From NCBI GenBank assembly GCA_963667175.2, contig CAXXXF010000015.1, positions 832,001 through 896,000 of the forward strand: 64,000 bases of DNA, in the 5' to 3' direction. Below, piece after piece: positions 60,161 to 64,000 of the stretch. The position numbers and the translations under genes are program-made. Numbering within the stretch: position 1 is the stretch's first letter; each line of letters starts with the position of its first letter. The notes under the pieces were generated by a model. It ran no database searches. It worked only from the letters and a program-made list of their open reading frames with translations, and was not told the origin of the DNA. Source of the stretch: Candidatus Latescibacterota bacterium. GTDB taxonomy: Bacteria > Latescibacterota > UBA2968 > GCA-2709665.

Positions 60161-61872
60161 TTAGAGTCTTACAGTAAGACTTCAACGCAAGATGCGTAGA
60201 AGTTTGTTCATGCTGCTTGGATAGGGTTTGTGTGCTTGTGGTATAGTGTCAGTGAAGTCGCGAGTGTGACGTGTCCGGCCTGTGTGACGCGCCATCTTCT
60301 GGACCGTGGGATTTTGGCGATCAGGCCTCGGACGTGTAGGCGTTTGAGAAGTCGGCTGACGGCGTTGGCCTGCCGTCGGCGCTGGTCGAGGGTTCTGGGT
60401 TGTTTGAAGAGGTGTTTTCGGATGTCCCGATTGCGGAAGCCCATCAGGGCGTGTTCGCCTTTCAGGACGGCGGTGAAGAGGTCGAGGTCGCGGGTGTCGG
60501 CGGGATTGAAGCCCCGATAGGTACGCCCCCTGTGCCTGCGTGGTCGGGCAAGTGTGGTGAGGCTGTGACGGCTCTTCGCGGTGTCTGGTGCTGCTGCCAG
60601 CGCATGAAGGTAGTGTTGGTTGGCCTTCAATGAGATTTCCCGATAGCGGTAGAGGTTGGCCACGCCTTTGGCCATGGGATACCAGCCCATCACGCGTTGT
60701 CCTTGGCGTATGCCCCAGCGGCGGACCTTGAACTGCCTTGGATGGTTGATCACTGTCTCTATGCGTAGTACGCGCCCGTGTTTGTCGTACATTTTTATCC
60801 AGTTCTCACACATCCGGTGTTTGACCCGTGCGCCGGGTTGGCGTTTGTTTTTGAAGTCCGTGAGGACTTCGCCCTGAAAGTTGCCGTGGAGTTTGCGTCC
60901 CAGGAAGGTCAGGATGTCCTGGGGGGAGAAGCACAGCACCGTATGTCTGAGCAGATTTTCATACAGCACCTTCAGGGCGTGGGGGCTTGTGAACATCACG
61001 TCGGTGGCGAACTCAGCCTGGTCAACGACCCAGTAATAGTCCATTCCCGAAAGCAGGTCTTTGAGCAGGGGGTTGACCCTGCGGGCAAGCCCGGAGAGAA
61101 TGCGCGGCCAATTCTTCTCGACAAAACGATCGGCAAAGCGTTGCGCCCGGGCCACGTCGTCGATCCATAGAAACGCGTTGTCTGCTTTTTCATAGGCAAT
61201 GCCGTTTTTATCGAGCTTGCGCGCCAGGTATTCGTGGCCATTGAGACAGACCTGCACCACCAGGGGGAACCAGGACTGGATGCGGATATGCAGCAACCCG
61301 AACTCACGGTCGATATAGTAGAAGTAGTAGCACAGGCACTTCCGCCGGGCGTTGAGCAGGCGAGGCCTTCCTTCCCCTGGAACCAGCTTGAAACTCTGAC
61401 AGCCTTCCACGGCGCGGAACACACAGACCAGGCCGCGGGTGATCCCATCTCGTTGGGCGATGCGTCGCGCTTCCTCCTCTTTCCTGACGGTGTTGCGGTC
61501 GAGATAGAGGAACGGGCGCTTGTGCCTGCTCGCCACCGCCTCCGCGTGGGCTTTGATCGTTTTGGAATGCGACGTCACAAAACGCTTGAAGTCCTTCAAC
61601 AAAAAACCCTGATTACCCATGAAACGCTCCATCGCATTGCCAAATCCCAGCGGCAGGTACCCCTTGAACAAAACCCGATCAAAACACGATACCACGCCAC
61701 TGATTTTTTCATTATATTGGTCCACGAAGTCGTTCACGGCGTTCCTCCTTGGGTTGATGGCGGTTGGGACCACCATCATAAAGGACGAACGCCGTTTTTC
61801 ATACCACAAAACAAACTGCTCTTGACTACCACCTTTTTGGTTGCGGCTGAGCAAAGCGAAGCCGCCTTAGAG
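60161..61872 (-). mobile_element. Unclassified 1706-bp insertion element with subterminal hairpins
   Basis: CTTAGAG at both junctions; AGTCTTAC-A-GTAAGACT at one end and GCGGCT..AGCCGC at the other; no terminal inverted repeats. Confidence 0.88.
60208..61737 (-). CDS. Putative transposase (509 aa), Rep-like core and C-terminal winged HTH
   Basis: AAGGAGG RBS and GTG start; only ORF of the element; CFDRV, LNGH, DNAF, KMYDK..LRIET, GFRNRD, LKRLHVRGLIAK. Confidence 0.8.
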   Translation of the reverse strand: MNDFVDQYNEKISGVVSCFDRVLFKGYLPLGFGNAMERFMGNQGFLLKDFKRFVTSHSKTIKAHAEAVASRHKRPFLYLDRNTVRKEEEARRIAQRDGITRGLVCVFRAVEGCQSFKLVPGEGRPRLLNARRKCLCYYFYYIDREFGLLHIRIQSWFPLVVQVCLNGHEYLARKLDKNGIAYEKADNAFLWIDDVARAQRFADRFVEKNWPRILSGLARRVNPLLKDLLSGMDYYWVVDQAEFATDVMFTSPHALKVLYENLLRHTVLCFSPQDILTFLGRKLHGNFQGEVLTDFKNKRQPGARVKHRMCENWIKMYDKHGRVLRIETVINHPRQFKVRRWGIRQGQRVMGWYPMAKGVANLYRYREISLKANQHYLHALAAAPDTAKSRHSLTTLARPRRHRGRTYRGFNPADTRDLDLFTAVLKGEHALMGFRNRDIRKHLFKQPRTLDQRRRQANAVSRLLKRLHVRGLIAKIPRSRRWRVTQAGHVTLATSLTLYHKHTNPIQAA

Positions 61873-62750
61873 CTAGTATTTCAAGAAATGAAAAGAATGG
61901 AGAGGATATTTAGTACATATCGCTCTGATACCAGAATCTCCGTACTAAACAGGGATGGGTTTCTCTGGATGAATTCACCAGAGTTACAATTCGTGCTTAT
62001 GAGGGGTCTGCACTATTGCAGACTATCAGATGGAGCATTCGATATCACCGTAAAGCCACTCCTAGATCTCTACCAAAGATGTTACCGAATCCAGAATCGT
62101 GCACCAAACAGAATTGAACTCTCAGAGGCTTTAGCGTTAGTGAACTATGAAAATGTATTCGTGGACGAGAATCAGATCCAGCTAACGAAGCCGGGTATGC
62201 GAGTCACTCTTGATGGAATTGCAAAAGGATACATTATCGATGCAGCAATTCGCATGCTGCGTGCGCAAGGGATATACAACGCTCTCGTAAATATCGGCGG
62301 GGATATGCGTGGAGTTGGAGTTACGACCGCGGGCAATCCCTGGAAGATAGCACTACAACATCCACGCGACCCCGAAGTTTATCTTGCCGTGATTCATCTG
62401 GCCGATAGGGCCGTCGCAACATCAGGAGACTATGAGCGGTATTTCCTTCCTGATAAGCGTGCTCATCACATCGTCGACCCCAAAACCGGCCTGTCAGCGA
62501 CGTCGTTGATTAGTGTAACGGTGGTTGCAGAAATGGCGGTAGATGCCGATGCTTTGGCGACTGCCGTATTTGTAATGGGACCGAAAAATGGCTTGGAGCT
62601 GATTGAGATCTCAGAGGGAGTCGAGGGTCTTCTCGTTACCAAAGACCGAGAAGTACTTTTATCTAACGGTTTTCACAGACTTGGGACAGTTGCCGTACCA
62701 AGCCAATTATCAGGCCAATAAAGATACAATCACACAGGGAATTAAACACT

Positions 62751-64000
62751 ATGCCAAGGTACTTAAAACGGTCACTGGCTCCTTGGTTGGTTTGCCTGCT
62801 TTTTGCAATTGTGGCAATCGTTTTTTATGTATCTGCTGTTCCTATATCCTGGGGAGGTGGTGAATCGGATTTCGACGTTAGCGGATCCATTTCTGAAAAA
62901 GACACCGACGAGATTCCAGAAGTTCCTGTAGAAGTTGCGGCGATTCGACGGGGAAATCTTACATTAACCGCATCAGGATCTGGAATTGCGTCCGCGGTTC
63001 AAGAGGCTGAAATCTCGACGGATGTCGGCGGAAAGGTTGTTGAGTTGCACGTTGAAGAAGGGGACCACGTAGAAAGTGGCGAGTTACTGGTGCGACTTGA
63101 CGATCGGGTCTATCAACTTGCCCTTGAGGAAGCCGAATCCCAACTTCTGAATGCACAGGTCAAATACGGCCTTAGTATCCGTAGAACTCGGCAGAGAGAT
63201 ATTCCAATGTATGGGATAAACGCCAACAGCGACACTAGCACAGATGATGCAAATCGGTCTGTGGCAGGAATTCGTACGGGTTTCGCAAGACGGGAGTTAC
63301 TTGAAGAGAACCAGAAGATGCAGACCCAGGAGAAATATACCATCGAGCAGATATTCTCGGGCAAGTTGCGAGATCAGGTTGCAGCGGCCAAGAGTGGGTT
63401 GGTTGGGTCCCGGGTAAATGTCCGAAAGTCAACCATGAACCTGCAAGCAACTCGTTTGAGGGCACCATTTTCCGGTGTGATAGCCGATCTGAGTATATCT
63501 GTAGGTGAACGAGTCTCCGCCGGGGAGGCGATCTTTCGACTTATGGACGTCTCGCAGATCCGACTAAATGTTCAGGTGTTGGAAACTGAGTTTGGTGATA
63601 TTCGTGCTGGTCAATCCGCTCAAGTCCGTTTCATTGCTTATCCGAGCCGGAACTTTTACGGGCACGTCGTGGCGGTTAATCCGGCTATCGATCCTGAGAC
63701 CAAGACAGGGCGAGTCTCAGTCGGCATAGACAATGCTGGGGGAAGTATTTCGGTTGGGATGTTTGCAGAGGCAGCAATTGAGTACAAAGTATTCACAGAC
63801 CGGGTGTTCGTACCTAAAGCTGCCGTAATCGAGCGTGGTGGACGATCACTCTTATTCGTCGTGCGGGACGGATTTGCAAAATGGTGCTATGTTGACATTG
63901 GACTGTCGAATCTGAGCGTGGTTGAGTTAGTTAAGACTTCAATGGAACTCAGAGTAGGTGAATCCGTAATCACCGACGGACACTTCTCCCTTCCGCACGA
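62751..64000 (+). CDS. Efflux RND/ABC periplasmic adaptor (MFP), runs off the window
   Basis: N-terminal TM; GGKVVELHVEEGDHVESGELLVRLD, LRAPFSGVI, NPAIDPETKT, GMFA; no stop seen before the window end. Confidence 0.9.
   Translation, partial: MPRYLKRSLAPWLVCLLFAIVAIVFYVSAVPISWGGGESDFDVSGSISEKDTDEIPEVPVEVAAIRRGNLTLTASGSGIASAVQEAEISTDVGGKVVELHVEEGDHVESGELLVRLDDRVYQLALEEAESQLLNAQVKYGLSIRRTRQRDIPMYGINANSDTSTDDANRSVAGIRTGFARRELLEENQKMQTQEKYTIEQIFSGKLRDQVAAAKSGLVGSRVNVRKSTMNLQATRLRAPFSGVIADLSISVGERVSAGEAIFRLMDVSQIRLNVQVLETEFGDIRAGQSAQVRFIAYPSRNFYGHVVAVNPAIDPETKTGRVSVGIDNAGGSISVGMFAEAAIEYKVFTDRVFVPKAAVIERGGRSLLFVVRDGFAKWCYVDIGLSNLSVVELVKTSMELRVGESVITDGHFSLPH

Larger units (their letters stand above)
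60011..62721 (+). pseudogene. apbE: FAD:protein FMN transferase split by a mobile element
   Basis: MGT at the N-terminus; GAFDITV, DGIAKGY, GGD, ATSGDYE, HHIVDP, ADALAT; excision restores DRI-LELVFQ. Confidence 0.92.

Noticed and set aside
61234-61866. Long N-terminal extension on the 495-aa ApbE ORF
   Set aside because: It is the antisense of the inserted element; the real N-terminus is at 60011

Overview
Bacterial, Gram-negative window (lpxH, TonB receptors). About 1-24 kb is GC-rich core and catabolic DNA: an FG-GAP repeat protein, sugar isomerase, oxidoreductase, sulfatase, geranylgeranyl reductase, lpxH, glpK, ilvD and a TonB receptor/lipoprotein pair. It also holds an NYN nuclease gene with a divergent promoter-hairpin-terminator unit, and ends in tmRNA (ssrA, 23849-24208). 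About 24.2-36 kb is a metal-uptake block (TonB receptor, WD40, COG0523, Fur-family regulator, 2Fe-2S protein, Znu/Azt-type ABC) plus an AbiE toxin-antitoxin pair. This block is bracketed by a ~110-bp hairpin direct repeat and carries the 3' remnant of a cobalamin riboswitch behind a Fur-type promoter. About 37-64 kb is a visibly less GC-rich accessory region. There a giant kinase/ATPase/GAF sigma54 activator precedes a -24/-12 promoter, a 75-aa Cys/Trp precursor-like peptide, two RRE-radical SAM enzymes and glyco/acetyl/methyl tailoring genes. A second module follows: FMN-binding CxxC protein, redoxin, secreted six-Cys peptide, NHL propeller, ApbE and an RND adaptor. Two genes are split by insertions whose ends can be read exactly: an internally deleted IS110 with a CT core and bridge-RNA-like leader, and a 1706-bp hairpin-ended element with a non-DDE, Rep-like protein. 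All calls come from motif reading by eye; no database searches were run.
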